Below, piece after piece: positions 11,121-22,135 of a stretch of 64,000 nt of DNA. Position 1 is the first letter of the stretch. The number at the start of each line of letters is the position of its first letter. The stretch is from Bacteroidota bacterium (lineage in GTDB: Bacteria; Bacteroidota; Bacteroidia; NS11-12g; UBA955), in NCBI GenBank assembly GCA_040386935.1, contig JAZKEQ010000006.1, forward strand, positions 42,482 through 106,481, written 5' to 3'. Under the pieces are notes generated by a model that ran no database searches, was not told the DNA's origin, and saw nothing but the letters and a program-made list of their open reading frames with translations. The position numbers and the translations under genes were made by a program.

Positions 11121-11507
11121 TTAGTTTTTCAACCAGGGCACTATCATGTTGAATTTTGGAATTTCTACTTCAATGGTATCATCTAATACAGGACGTTCTA
11201 ATGTGTAATGTCCCCACATTTCACCAATACCACTCTGCAACTGGCAACCTGAAACGTAGGTATAAGAATCACCTTGTTCAATCACCGGTTGTACGCCAAC
11301 AACACCTTCACCCTCCACTTCGCGTATGTCGTAAGTAGAATCAGCTATGTGCCATTTGCGGCTCAACAACTTTACGGTGTAATTGCTGTTATTGGTAATT
11401 TGTATGCGGTAGGCAAAAAAATACTCGCTTTCATTGGGCTTACTTTGTACCGCAACATATTCTGTTTCAACCTTTACAATAATGCCATATGTTTCTGCTA
11501 CCTGCAT
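11121..11507 (-). CDS. apaG: ApaG protein
   Basis: YFFAYRI.I.N, LLSRKW.I, VEGEGVVG.QP. Confidence 0.93.
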   Translation of the reverse strand: MQVAETYGIIVKVETEYVAVQSKPNESEYFFAYRIQITNNSNYTVKLLSRKWHIADSTYDIREVEGEGVVGVQPVIEQGDSYTYVSGCQLQSGIGEMWGHYTLERPVLDDTIEVEIPKFNMIVPWLKN

Positions 11508-11761
11508 GTTTGAATTTTGGACAAAGGTATCCGTTACGATGTAATGCCCAAATCATATTTGTGTAAAATCTTTGCACAATTCCGGTTACATGCTATTGAT
11601 AAGTTAATGCTAGAAATGATGCATTGTTAATTGTTTTCAATTATATAAATTTTTTTGGTCGTCAATGGCTTGCTCTGTCAAATTGGGGTCATTTTTTTAT
11701 TAAATAAAATATTGTTTTAATAATAATTGTTAATTTTGATTTGCTTAAATTTACATGGTCT

Positions 11762-13186
11762 ATGAAAAAGAATTTACAATACTATCTACTGTTTGCCTTT
11801 ATCTTTATTTTTTATAAAGGTCAATCTCAAACATTTAAGGCGCATTTCTATTATACGGTTGATTGTAAAAAAATCAAGGTATACGATACGTCTAAATCCT
11901 CGGTTTATTACCGTATCAACTGGGATTTTGGGGATGAAATTCAAACAAGTGATTACAACCCTTCGCATATTTACAATACCGGCAATGACTCAGTTACATT
12001 TAAAGTGGTATTAACCATATTGAAGTATGACAGTACCCTGAATATGGATATAACGGATACCACCTCAAAGCTCGTTACAATCAATTGTCCGGGTTGCAAT
12101 TTCAAAGCTGATTTTAATGCAGCTGAAGATGTGAGCAATTTTAAGAAACAGTATTTCACGAATCTAACTTCGGGTGGTTCATCTTTAAGCTATTGGTGGG
12201 ACTTTGGCAATAGCAGTGGTACATCTACTTTAAAAGATCCCGATTATACATACGCCACAAAGGGCAATTACGATGTTACTTTGAAAGCGATGTATTATGA
12301 TTCAACGTATACTAAGTATTGCCGCGACTCAATTACAAAATTGGTGGTGGTCAATTCATTGGAAGCATCTTATACCTATACGATTGATACCTCAGATTGT
12401 TCTGTAGTTCATTTTACCAATACATCATTAGGTAATCCTGCTTTTTTCTCCTGGTATTTTGGTGATGGAGGTGCTAGCAATCAGGCGAATCCTCAACACG
12501 AGTATCTAGCCAATGATACATTCGAAGTGGTGTTCATGGTATATGATAGTATACGCAATGGCAGGGTATATGCAGATACTACTTTTGGGCAGGTTGTGAT
12601 TAATTGCAATAAATGTTACATCAGAGCCAACCTTAGTTTATATGCAGATTCTACAGTGCCTTATTCCGCGACTTTGTATAATTATTCAACCGGAACAATC
12701 AATAAACACTATTGGGATTTTGGAGATGGATCAACCTCAACTTCTCGCAATCCTGTACACAGTTATAGCATAACAGGGAATATAACCCTCATGTATATAG
12801 CAACTGATACGACATCAGGATGTGCAGATACAGCCTATCTCAATTTTACTATTGATTCACTGGGTTATCTGAAACGGCAGGCATTTGTAATGACCATTGT
12901 TGACAGAACCAGTACAGGCATTGACAAAGGCCCGAATAATCTTACATGGCAGCTAAAGGCTTACCCAAATCCTTTTAATGATCAGATAATTATTAAAGGC
13001 GATGAATTGCCCGAATCTCATCAATTAAAGGTATACAATAGTCTGGGACAAATAGTGACGTATAATAGCAGCGTCAATGGTAATCAATTGATACTGAATT
13101 TTGATTCCGGTTTACCATCAGGGTTTTATGTCATACGCATAAGCACTGAATACGGTTACCAACATTTAAAACTGATAAAGGAATAG
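11762..13186 (+). CDS. PKD-domain secreted protein with T9SS type A C-terminal domain
   Basis: Four WDFGD-type repeats; YPNPFND..YNSLGQ..LPSGFY..KLIKE. Confidence 0.88.
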   Translation: MKKNLQYYLLFAFIFIFYKGQSQTFKAHFYYTVDCKKIKVYDTSKSSVYYRINWDFGDEIQTSDYNPSHIYNTGNDSVTFKVVLTILKYDSTLNMDITDTTSKLVTINCPGCNFKADFNAAEDVSNFKKQYFTNLTSGGSSLSYWWDFGNSSGTSTLKDPDYTYATKGNYDVTLKAMYYDSTYTKYCRDSITKLVVVNSLEASYTYTIDTSDCSVVHFTNTSLGNPAFFSWYFGDGGASNQANPQHEYLANDTFEVVFMVYDSIRNGRVYADTTFGQVVINCNKCYIRANLSLYADSTVPYSATLYNYSTGTINKHYWDFGDGSTSTSRNPVHSYSITGNITLMYIATDTTSGCADTAYLNFTIDSLGYLKRQAFVMTIVDRTSTGIDKGPNNLTWQLKAYPNPFNDQIIIKGDELPESHQLKVYNSLGQIVTYNSSVNGNQLILNFDSGLPSGFYVIRISTEYGYQHLKLIKE

Positions 13187-13211
13187 TTTCATTTTAAATA
13201 AAATTGGATGT

Positions 13212-13265
13212 AAAGCCCTTCGGTTGTTTTCGTTATGCTGACGAATTTAATCGGAGGGCTTTTTT
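13212..13265 (+). terminator. Long-stem intrinsic terminator
   Basis: AAAGCCCTTCGGTT...AATCGGAGGGCTTTTTT. Confidence 0.7.
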
Positions 13266-13425
13266 ATGCAGTAAAAAGAAAGATTTTTGTTTTAATTTGA
13301 TTGAATATTTATCAAATTGAGAAATTGGCAAGGGGGTAAAAATGCTTATTGTGCTGGTTGTCAAAGTATTAGTAAAATGGTAGAGTTGTTGCCACAAATT
13401 TCCTAACATTATAACCCACAGCACT

Positions 13426-13914
13426 ATGATGAAAAACAATACCATTAAAATTGCCGTTGTAGAGGATGGCCACTTTTACAACAAAGTTATTGAAGAGCAG
13501 ATTTATGACATCTGTCTTGCCGAAAACAAGAAAAACCTGAATTGGATCGTTAAGTCAATTGGTAATGCGCAATCCCTACTCACCGGGAAATCTGCTTATC
13601 AGATTATCTTATTCGACAGTTATCAAAAAAACAATCAATCAGTACCGGATTCGAAAGTGGATGAAGTGATTGAATCAATCAAAGAAAAAAACAAAAATTG
13701 TTTACTCATCAGTATCAGTGGTTACAGAGAAATGGTCGTCAGAGCTGAGTTTATTCAGGATGGCGAAACTGTATTTTGTTATTCAAAACAGAGCAATATA
13801 AAAAACGACAGGTTTGAAGAAAGTTGTTCAATACCGTCAATAAATACTTTGTTAATTAAGTATCTTCACCATGTGTATCCTCAAGAAGGAACACAGATGA
13901 AGCATACAGCATAA
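13426..13914 (+). CDS. Atypical stand-alone receiver-domain-like protein
   Basis: KIAVVED, ILFDSY, ISISG, YSK resemble a REC fold; no output domain. Confidence 0.5.
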   Translation: MMKNNTIKIAVVEDGHFYNKVIEEQIYDICLAENKKNLNWIVKSIGNAQSLLTGKSAYQIILFDSYQKNNQSVPDSKVDEVIESIKEKNKNCLLISISGYREMVVRAEFIQDGETVFCYSKQSNIKNDRFEESCSIPSINTLLIKYLHHVYPQEGTQMKHTA

Positions 13915-13932
13915 GCAGTGTTGGAATAGTAT

Positions 13933-13965
13933 AGCCCATCAGATATGGTACTGATGGGCTTTTTT
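13933..13965 (+). terminator. Intrinsic terminator between convergent genes
   Basis: AGCCCATCAG/CTGATGGGCT stem plus T run. Confidence 0.75.
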
Positions 13966-14017
13966 CTTTGTATTTGAGTTCTAAATATTCAGTTTGTTAT
14001 TTAGTCTCGTTGTAATT

Positions 14018-15169
14018 TTAACGACTGCTTTCATCAGCATCTTTCAATGTCTGCTTGAATGGGTTGTGTTTGAAAGGATACACCAATTGTTTCATGTAGC
14101 CCTTTGGAAACCATGCCTCATTCAGTCCTGTGCCTTTTGGCCACTCATTACCGGGCAGGTAATACGTGCCAAATATCCGATCAATGAAAGGAAAAAATAC
14201 CGCAAAGTTTTTACCGTAGTGTTCAGTCTCTATGCAATGGTGCCAGTGGTGGTATTGCGGAGTGGTAATGATGTATTTGAAGAAACCGATATTCACCCTC
14301 GTGTTGGAATGGATGAAGACAGCATGTATGGCAATAACAACTATGTAGGCATTAAAAACAATAGAGGAGAAGCCGCATACATACAGCGGTATAAATGTGA
14401 TGGAACGGGTAAAGAAAATATCAATGAAGTGGGTGCGCGAACCGGCCAGCCAGTCCATGGCCCTGGTAGAATGATGCACAGCATGGAAACGCCACAGCGA
14501 ACCATGAGAATGGAAAATGCGGTGTGCCCAGTATTGGAAAACATCTGTGATGAAAAATGCAAGCACTAATTCAACAATGAAAGGTAATGATTGTATCCAT
14601 AATTGAAAGTTTTGGAGATTCATTTTACCGAAAAAGATAACAGCAGGTTGTTGGGTAATCACCCCAAAAAACTGAATGCACAAATGACTGATGGCAAAGT
14701 AAATTAAGTCGGTGCGCCATTCAGCATGAAATCGGTCTTGCTCCTCGCGTTTTGGAAAAACCATTTCAACAGGTATAAATATGATGGCCATCAACAGCAA
14801 GTCGAGTAAGAGCCAGTCGAGGCCCAAATGCCAATTGGCTTTTTCAACCACTTTCCCTTTTACATCAAAACCGCCAATGACAATAGTGGTGCAGGCGATG
14901 AAAATACCAATCATGCCTCTGGTTCTTTGCTTGCTCAGCAATACATTCATCAGTCCAAACAGCATGGCCAGTATAATGGCACATGACAACAACCACTTCA
15001 TGGAAGTAGCCGTGTATATTTCTCTGAATTCGGGGGTGGTAAAAATTTCAGGAAAATAAAAACAGAAAACACCGCCCAATGCCAACAAACTGAAAAATAC
15101 GGATACATAACCACTGACAATGCCTTTGCCCAGGGCATATCTATTAACAACTGATTTTAAATACGACAT
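14018..15169 (-). CDS. Sterol desaturase / fatty acid hydroxylase family membrane protein
   Basis: His boxes HRIFH, HAVHH, HSN, HHWHH. Confidence 0.9.
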   Translation of the reverse strand: MSYLKSVVNRYALGKGIVSGYVSVFFSLLALGGVFCFYFPEIFTTPEFREIYTATSMKWLLSCAIILAMLFGLMNVLLSKQRTRGMIGIFIACTTIVIGGFDVKGKVVEKANWHLGLDWLLLDLLLMAIIFIPVEMVFPKREEQDRFHAEWRTDLIYFAISHLCIQFFGVITQQPAVIFFGKMNLQNFQLWIQSLPFIVELVLAFFITDVFQYWAHRIFHSHGSLWRFHAVHHSTRAMDWLAGSRTHFIDIFFTRSITFIPLYVCGFSSIVFNAYIVVIAIHAVFIHSNTRVNIGFFKYIITTPQYHHWHHCIETEHYGKNFAVFFPFIDRIFGTYYLPGNEWPKGTGLNEAWFPKGYMKQLVYPFKHNPFKQTLKDADESSR

Positions 15170-15245
15170 ACTTGCTTAAAATGATGCAAGATAAGGAATA
15201 ATTGTTTTGACACATTTTAGGAAAAGCAATTGAAAAAAAGGCAAT

Positions 15246-15278
15246 AAAAAAAGGTCCTGAATATGCTTCAGGACCTTT
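15246..15278 (-). terminator. Intrinsic terminator of acyl-CoA dehydrogenase gene
   Basis: AAAGGTCCTGAA/TTCAGGACCTTT stem with A7 on plus strand. Confidence 0.8.
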
Positions 15279-15300
15279 CTCATTTATCTGTTCGAAATAA

Positions 15301-16443
15301 TTATTTCAGAATGTCTCTTGAAATAACCACGCGTTGTACTTCGCTGGTACCTTCGTAAATCTGAGTAATCTTCGCATCGCGCATTAAACGCTCTACGTGG
15401 TATTCTTTTACATAACCGTAGCCACCGTGAATCTGCACAGCTTCAATTGTGTGTTTCATGGCCACTTCGCTCGAGAATAATTTAGCCATACTGCTTGCTC
15501 TGCCGTAATCCAGGTGCTGGTCTTTCAACCAGGCAGCTCTCAAGCACAACAATCTTGCAGCTTCAATATCAGTTGCCATGTCTGCCAGTTTAAATTGGAT
15601 GGCCTGGTGGTTCATGATTTCTGTACCAAATGCTTTTCTTTCTTTTGCGTATTTCAATGACAACTCATAAGCACCACTGGCAATACCCAATGCTTGCGCA
15701 GCTATACCGATACGACCGCCTGTCAAAGTTTTCATGGCGAATTTGAATCCAAATCCATCTTCACCTATGCGATTGGCTTTAGGTACTTTCACATCTGTAA
15801 ACATCAGTGAATGTGTGTCGCTGCCTCTGATACCCATTTTGTCTTCTTTCTTGCCTACTACAAAACCTTCCATGCCTCTTTCTACGATAAAGGCATTGAT
15901 ACCGCGGTGGCCGGCTTCAACATTGGTTTGTGCTATTACTAAATAGTAAGTGGCGGTTTTACCATTGGTGATCCAGTTTTTAGTACCGTTCAACAAGTAG
16001 TAGTCGCCCATATCCACTGCAGTGGTTCTTTGTGAAGTGGCATCGCTACCGGCTTCAGGTTCGCTTAAGCAGAATGCACCGTGAACTTCACCTTTAGCCA
16101 ATGGCACTAAATATTTTTGTTTTTGTTCTTCAGAGCCAAAGGTTTCTAAACCCCAGCACACCAATGAATTGTTAACTGACATAACAACAGAAGCAGAAGC
16201 ATCTACTTTGCTTATTTCTTCCATTGCCAACACGTAGCTGATAGCATCCATGCCGCTTCCACCGTATTTTGGATCAACCATCATACCGAGGAAACCCAGT
16301 TCGCCTAATTTTTTAATTTGTTCTGTTGGAAATTCCTGATTGTTGTCGCGATCGATAACCCCCGGCAATAGTTCCGTTTGGGCAAAGTCTCTTGCGGCCT
16401 GCTGTACGGCCAATTGTTCTTCCGATAATTCAAAATTCATCAT
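15301..16443 (-). CDS. Acyl-CoA dehydrogenase (short-chain type)
   Basis: LSEPEAGSD, NGTKNWITNG, GGRIGIA, QIYEGTSEVQR. Confidence 0.95.
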   Translation of the reverse strand: MMNFELSEEQLAVQQAARDFAQTELLPGVIDRDNNQEFPTEQIKKLGELGFLGMMVDPKYGGSGMDAISYVLAMEEISKVDASASVVMSVNNSLVCWGLETFGSEEQKQKYLVPLAKGEVHGAFCLSEPEAGSDATSQRTTAVDMGDYYLLNGTKNWITNGKTATYYLVIAQTNVEAGHRGINAFIVERGMEGFVVGKKEDKMGIRGSDTHSLMFTDVKVPKANRIGEDGFGFKFAMKTLTGGRIGIAAQALGIASGAYELSLKYAKERKAFGTEIMNHQAIQFKLADMATDIEAARLLCLRAAWLKDQHLDYGRASSMAKLFSSEVAMKHTIEAVQIHGGYGYVKEYHVERLMRDAKITQIYEGTSEVQRVVISRDILK

Positions 16444-16557
16444 TGTGGGTGCAAAAATAAGGGCTTTCGACTTTTTATAAAAATTTATCCCGAATTATAA
16501 AAAAATGATAATCAAGGCTCCAACAACACATTCATTTAAATGGTATTTTTGCCGCCA

Positions 16558-17550
16558 GTGCTCATCGTTCGCAATCCATCTACCAATCCCTATTTCAATC
16601 TGGCAGCAGAGGAATACCTCCTGAAAAATTTTGATGAAGATATTTTCATGCTGTGGCGCAACGAGAATACAGTGGTGGTGGGGAAACACCAAAATGCCTT
16701 ATCGGAAGTAAACATGACTTATGCCCGGGCCAATCATGTGAATGTTGCAAGGCGTTTATCAGGTGGCGGCACCGTGTTTCACGATTCCGGTAATTTGAAT
16801 TTTACCTTTATAGGCAATACCCGCGAAGGCGATGAAATAAAAGTAGATTTTGCGTATTTCACCTTGCCCATCATTGAAGTGTTGCAAACCATGGGCGTGC
16901 AGGCCACATTGAGTGGTCGCAATGATTTGCTGATTGACGGTATGAAATTTAGCGGTAATGCAGAACATGTTTACCGCCAAAAGAAACGCACCTTACATCA
17001 CGGCACTTTGTTATTCGACAGTCGCATCGAAAATTTATCAGCTGCTTTAAAAGTCGACCCATTAAAATATACCGATAAGTCTGTGAAATCTTTTCGCAGC
17101 AAGGTCACCAATATCAGCAACCATTTGCCTTCGCCCATGCACATCGATGCATTTCATGAAAGGGTGGTAGATTATATGGCAGCCAGATACGAAGATGTGG
17201 CTTTTTATACATTCACGACAGATGATATTGCAGCGATTACTGAATTGGAAAAAAGCAAATACGGTACCTGGGAATGGATATTCGGTTATTCACCCAAATA
17301 CAAGTTTCAGAATATTGTTTCAACAACAGTTGGTGACATCAGTATTGAATTAGAAGTGGAAAAAGGTTTGATTCAATCGTACGATATCAGCGGAGATACA
17401 TATGATACCACTGCCTGGGATGCGGTTTTAAAACAACTCATCAATTGCAGACATTTTCCTGAAGATATTGAGCTGCTTTTATCTTCTGATGTTGCGGCCA
17501 ATGCATTGAAACCGGCTACTGCCAACGAATTGATAGCGGGGCTTTTTTAA
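16558..17550 (+). CDS. lplA: Lipoate-protein ligase A
   Basis: NPYFNLA.EE, RRLSGGGTVFHD, KFSGNA, HHGTLL; GTG start chosen just after TATTTTTG promoter box. Confidence 0.92.
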   Translation: MLIVRNPSTNPYFNLAAEEYLLKNFDEDIFMLWRNENTVVVGKHQNALSEVNMTYARANHVNVARRLSGGGTVFHDSGNLNFTFIGNTREGDEIKVDFAYFTLPIIEVLQTMGVQATLSGRNDLLIDGMKFSGNAEHVYRQKKRTLHHGTLLFDSRIENLSAALKVDPLKYTDKSVKSFRSKVTNISNHLPSPMHIDAFHERVVDYMAARYEDVAFYTFTTDDIAAITELEKSKYGTWEWIFGYSPKYKFQNIVSTTVGDISIELEVEKGLIQSYDISGDTYDTTAWDAVLKQLINCRHFPEDIELLLSSDVAANALKPATANELIAGLF

Positions 17551-17656
17551 GTCAGCAGCCACATTGTCTACAAATTGAGAATACAAACTCAGTGAATTAT
17601 TGATATGTGAATACTTTGTAACACACTTTATTAGCAAGTGCAGTATTTTTGTATGG

Positions 17657-18727
17657 ATGAAAACAGTTGCCATAATAACAGGAGGTAAATCACCCGAGCA
17701 TGAAATAGCCGTTATTTCAGCCCGTAACATATACAAAGCACTCGACACCAATTTATTCAGAATCGAAGTGATAGGCATTTCAAAACAAGGTGAATGGTTT
17801 CATTTACCTGATGGCAGCTTGTTTGATGAAGGCATTGCCATAGGTGAGGGTGCCAATCACAAAGCGTTAACTTTTTTACCATTCAATTCAAGACCCATTC
17901 GTTTGGTTGAAGATATCAACGAAGCGTTGCATGTCGATATATTTTTCCCGATTACACATGGGGTATATGGAGAAGATGGCATACTACAAGGTGTGCTTGA
18001 ATATCTGAACCATCCTTATGTTGGTCCTGGTGTTTTAGGCAGTGCCATTGGCATGGACAAGGATGTTACAAAAATAATTTTGGAGCACAACGGCATTCGC
18101 GTAACTCCATGGCAAACTTATTTTAAAGGCGATACCATCAATTTTGATTCACTGGAAAAAATGGGTTATCCCTTATTTGTAAAACCTGCCAATATGGGCA
18201 GTGGTGTTGGTGTTGAAAAAGCTGAGAACCGCGAGCAGTTAATCGCAGCCATTGAACAGGCCTTTCGTTTTGATGTCAAATTACTGATTGAAAAGGGGAT
18301 AAAGGGTCGCGAAGTTGAAACAGCGGTGATGGGTAATTTACAACCTGAAGTAACCCGTGTTGTTGGTGAAATCATTGTGAGCAGTGGGTTCTATACCTAC
18401 GAAAATAAATATGTGAACGAGGCCACCAAAGTGGTGATTCCGGCAGAAAATTTAAGTGCAGCAACCATTGTCACTATTACTGATACAGCATTAAAAGCTT
18501 ACCGTTGTTTGCAGTTGGAAGGCTTGAGCAGAGTTGATTTCTTTTATGTGAGTGATGATGAATTTTACCTGAATGAAGTAAATACGTTACCGGGCTTTAC
18601 CAATATCAGCATGTATCCTAAATTGTGGGAAGCTGTAGGTGTTGGTTATTCTGAACTGCTGACCAAACTCATAGCACATGCGGAAGAACGTTATGCCATG
18701 CGACATGCTTTGCAGAGTACGCGCTAG
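17657..18727 (+). CDS. ddl: D-alanine--D-alanine ligase
   Basis: GGKSPEHE, HG.YGEDG, KPAN.GS, NEVNTLPGFT. Confidence 0.95.
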   Translation: MKTVAIITGGKSPEHEIAVISARNIYKALDTNLFRIEVIGISKQGEWFHLPDGSLFDEGIAIGEGANHKALTFLPFNSRPIRLVEDINEALHVDIFFPITHGVYGEDGILQGVLEYLNHPYVGPGVLGSAIGMDKDVTKIILEHNGIRVTPWQTYFKGDTINFDSLEKMGYPLFVKPANMGSGVGVEKAENREQLIAAIEQAFRFDVKLLIEKGIKGREVETAVMGNLQPEVTRVVGEIIVSSGFYTYENKYVNEATKVVIPAENLSAATIVTITDTALKAYRCLQLEGLSRVDFFYVSDDEFYLNEVNTLPGFTNISMYPKLWEAVGVGYSELLTKLIAHAEERYAMRHALQSTR

Positions 18728-18766
18728 TGGACTGTGTAGTTGAAGTTGTTGCGTTGCTTTATTTTT

Positions 18767-20812
18767 TTAATGGAGCAATTGAACCAATGTTGAATAGTGT
18801 TTGGTAACCGGTAATTTATTGATAAAACCTGAAACAGTTATTTGTGTGAGGTATAAACCTTCTGGAACTATCTTGCCGTTATATGTGCCATCCCATGGTA
18901 TGCTGTTACTGTTGTCATACAATAGTTCGCCCCAACGCGTGAAAATTTGTGTGTGAACTGTTACAGCATAATTAGCTGAAATGGTCAATTCATCATTCAA
19001 CCCATCACCGTTTGGTGTAAATGCATTAGGGATATACACAGTTAAATCGCAGCGCTCCTCTACTATAGTTTTATCATCGCCCTTACAGCCTCTGAAATCG
19101 TTGACAACAACAAAGTAGGGACCTTTTTTATTAACCACTATCCATTGTGTGGTGTCATTGGTAGGGTGCCACAGGTAATTCATAAAACCCTTTCCTGCAT
19201 TGAGTTCAACTAAATCACTGCTGGCTTCACATAGATAATAAGCATCTCCCAACAATGTTTGTAAAGTAGGATGGTAATCTAGGTTTAAAGTATCAGTTAC
19301 CTTACAACCTCTGTAATTGTTTTCAAAACCAAAGATACCTTTTTTGCGAACTGTAAGTGTAGATGTAGATGCACCTGTATTCCATTGCGAATAACCTTTC
19401 CAAGTTTTGTTGCCTAGCGTAATTGAATCACCCGGACATAATATAGTGTCGTTGCCTAGGCTAATATTTTGAGGTGCTGTTATTTCTGTTCTGAAATGAA
19501 ATGTATCCCGGTTGTTGCAAAAATAAATGACTGCTGATGGTTGGTAGTAGCCGCTATTATTATAGCTGTGAACTGTGTTATGAAGAGGAGATGTCAATGC
19601 AGGTTGGGTAGGATTGTTATACCACCAACGCATACTATCGACACCTGATTGGTCACCATTAAAATTAAAAGTTGTGGCTTGATTCAAACAAGTGAGCGAG
19701 TCGACTGCTAAAGTAAAGCCACTGTTTTCGCTGCAAGTGCCTGTATGGTTCACAATTATATTTGGAACTTCAAAATTGGTGACACCGCTTAATCGCATAA
19801 AGTTTTCACGGTATTGACAATTGTTGCCTTTTTGATTGGGATAAAGCACCACATCCATTTTGTTGGAAGGTATACCACTGATGTGTGTCGTTATATACAG
19901 TTTGCCATCGGGACCACAGGCTATCTGATTAAAGTTTTCAGGACTCGTAGCGATTAATACATTGTTATTGGTATTGCTTGTTTCGTATTGTACCAAATGA
20001 CTTTCTAAATATCCGTAGGTAACATAAATAAAACGGTCGTCAGGCGAAAATGCAATGCCGTGGGGGCAATCCCATGGCGATTTTACCGGTAGTAAAGTGC
20101 TGGTAGCAGCGATCTTGCCACAGCGTTTATCAAAATCAAATACCTGTGGCTCAATAACGGGTACTGCAATACTATAATTTGTAATAGCAAGCTTGTCGCC
20201 TTTGTTTGAAGATACAAAGTCACCGATGTAAGTGGATGAATTAAGCGTTGGGTGAGGCGTTACAACAGGAGTATCTATTCTGCCATCGGGATGTACAAGG
20301 TAAGCGTAAAAATCTGTTCCCTTTATAGTAATTAACCAGTAAGATTCACTCAGGCAATGTTTTACAGCTGTCATACGGTTGACCGATGTTTGCAATGCGA
20401 AACTTTTTGTTTCTATAATGGCCCCATTGCCGTTTTGGGCTGTCATGTCCACAATGTAATAGTCCGTAAAGTTAAAAACGATGAAGCGGTTTCGGAATTG
20501 CTTAAGCGGTATAATGATAACATCTTGGGTGCCGTTGCCATTAATGCTTGAATCCATCATTATGCCTTTGCTGTTCCAAAAACTATTGCCATTGGTATAA
20601 AACAGCAAGGCACCTGTTACAGGGTCGCTTACTGATGCGCCACTGCGATAAGTATTCATCGCATTATCTGTTTTTGAAATGGCAGGACTTGTATTAAAAC
20701 TGATGGCCGCTTTGTTGCCAAAATACCAGTTGTTGTTGTACTTGTTTTGCGCAATACTGCCAATGGTGCAAAAGCACAGCATCAGCCATATGAGGGGTAG
20801 TTTTATGCGCAT
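18767..20812 (-). CDS. Secreted beta-propeller/PKD protein with T9SS type B C-terminal domain
   Basis: NNWYFG N-terminus; IPNAFTPNGDGLND..RWGE..WDG. Confidence 0.87.
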   Translation of the reverse strand: MRIKLPLIWLMLCFCTIGSIAQNKYNNNWYFGNKAAISFNTSPAISKTDNAMNTYRSGASVSDPVTGALLFYTNGNSFWNSKGIMMDSSINGNGTQDVIIIPLKQFRNRFIVFNFTDYYIVDMTAQNGNGAIIETKSFALQTSVNRMTAVKHCLSESYWLITIKGTDFYAYLVHPDGRIDTPVVTPHPTLNSSTYIGDFVSSNKGDKLAITNYSIAVPVIEPQVFDFDKRCGKIAATSTLLPVKSPWDCPHGIAFSPDDRFIYVTYGYLESHLVQYETSNTNNNVLIATSPENFNQIACGPDGKLYITTHISGIPSNKMDVVLYPNQKGNNCQYRENFMRLSGVTNFEVPNIIVNHTGTCSENSGFTLAVDSLTCLNQATTFNFNGDQSGVDSMRWWYNNPTQPALTSPLHNTVHSYNNSGYYQPSAVIYFCNNRDTFHFRTEITAPQNISLGNDTILCPGDSITLGNKTWKGYSQWNTGASTSTLTVRKKGIFGFENNYRGCKVTDTLNLDYHPTLQTLLGDAYYLCEASSDLVELNAGKGFMNYLWHPTNDTTQWIVVNKKGPYFVVVNDFRGCKGDDKTIVEERCDLTVYIPNAFTPNGDGLNDELTISANYAVTVHTQIFTRWGELLYDNSNSIPWDGTYNGKIVPEGLYLTQITVSGFINKLPVTKHYSTLVQLLH

Positions 20813-20955
20813 TGAATTGCAGATGCAAATTTAGTGTTTCAGGTTGTATGATACCCTGTTTTTTATCCTGTAAATCTTTCTGTTTATCAATTATTTGTAG
20901 TGTTAAACGACTTTTTATTTTGAATAATATCTGTATTTTTACCTCTTAAAATTTT

Positions 20956-21564
20956 ATGGATAACTTAACCATTGATAACAATACGTTTGCATCTAATCCC
21001 GGCAATACCAAACTCAATCCCTTTGTTTGGATCAGGTACAACTTCTTGCATGTTTTTTTGCTCACCGGTTCTCTGCTCGGATTTGCATGGTTGAGTTATG
21101 ATGTTTTATGGTGGTGGCTCATTGGGGTGTTCCTGTCACTTGCCGTTAATTTCTTTTACTGGGTAAGAAAAAAAGAGCAATTCAGAAGTGGTGACTCCAA
21201 TGCAGGGTTAGTGGTTTCAGTTAATCCAACTCTTGTTGCGGTTACTACTGATTTGACAAAAGGAGGTGGAGAATATCCTGTTGTAAAAATAATCAAGTAT
21301 AAAAAAAGTGCAAGCATTGGCGATAAAATAGCGACAGTGGCTTTATACATCCCATCGGATAATGAGCATGACCCACACTGGGAAGATTTCTTTCCAACGC
21401 CAATGGATTATGCCACCACGAACAAGGCTGATATACAAGGTGCTTTGAATAGTTATGATCCTCAACAATGGGAGGATTTGCAGCGCAGATTGAAACAAGT
21501 ACCTTTCCCTTATGCCGTAGGATTGTATAAAGTGGATGTAGAAGCAAGTGATTGGAAAAAGTAA
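20956..21564 (+). CDS. DUF3239-like membrane protein
   Basis: Two N-terminal TM segments; VATVALY..HWEDFFP.P. Confidence 0.6.
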   Translation: MDNLTIDNNTFASNPGNTKLNPFVWIRYNFLHVFLLTGSLLGFAWLSYDVLWWWLIGVFLSLAVNFFYWVRKKEQFRSGDSNAGLVVSVNPTLVAVTTDLTKGGGEYPVVKIIKYKKSASIGDKIATVALYIPSDNEHDPHWEDFFPTPMDYATTNKADIQGALNSYDPQQWEDLQRRLKQVPFPYAVGLYKVDVEASDWKK

Positions 21565-21577
21565 ATGATTAATAATA

Positions 21578-22054
21578 ATGGAAACAACTTTCATCTCAAT
21601 CAACGAAAAATATTTCATCGGTCAACACATGACTATGTCACTGGCAGTCAATAGGACAGGGGAGTTGTGGCGGGGATTCATGCCCAGGCGCAGAGAGATA
21701 AGCAATCCTGTAAGCAATGAGATGTATTCGCTTCAGGTATACCCACCAAATTATTTTTACCCATTTAATCCCACTACAGAATTTGAGAAATGGGCATTGA
21801 TAGAAGTGAATAATTTTGAAAACATACCAAGCGGTATGGAAAAGTTTGTATTACCTCAAGGTGATTATGCTGTATTTCAATACAAGGGTGATGCAACCAA
21901 TGCAGCCGCTACTTTTCAATATATTTTTAATACCTGGCTACCTGCCTCAGGATATCAACTGGATCACCGACCACACTTTGAAATACTGGGTGAGAAGTAC
22001 AAAAACAACGATCCGGATTCAGAGGAGGAGATATGGATACCTATTAAGTCGTAA
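21578..22054 (+). CDS. GyrI-like small-molecule binding protein
   Basis: G.YAVF.YKG, WLP.SGY, RPHFE, EEIWIPI. Confidence 0.88.
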   Translation: METTFISINEKYFIGQHMTMSLAVNRTGELWRGFMPRRREISNPVSNEMYSLQVYPPNYFYPFNPTTEFEKWALIEVNNFENIPSGMEKFVLPQGDYAVFQYKGDATNAAATFQYIFNTWLPASGYQLDHRPHFEILGEKYKNNDPDSEEEIWIPIKS

Positions 22055-22135
22055 TCGCCCCTTCAATAAGTCATTATTAGCCTTTGCAAATGAATGCGAG
22101 AGTAATAAATTTGCCATACATAATTCGTTAAAGAT

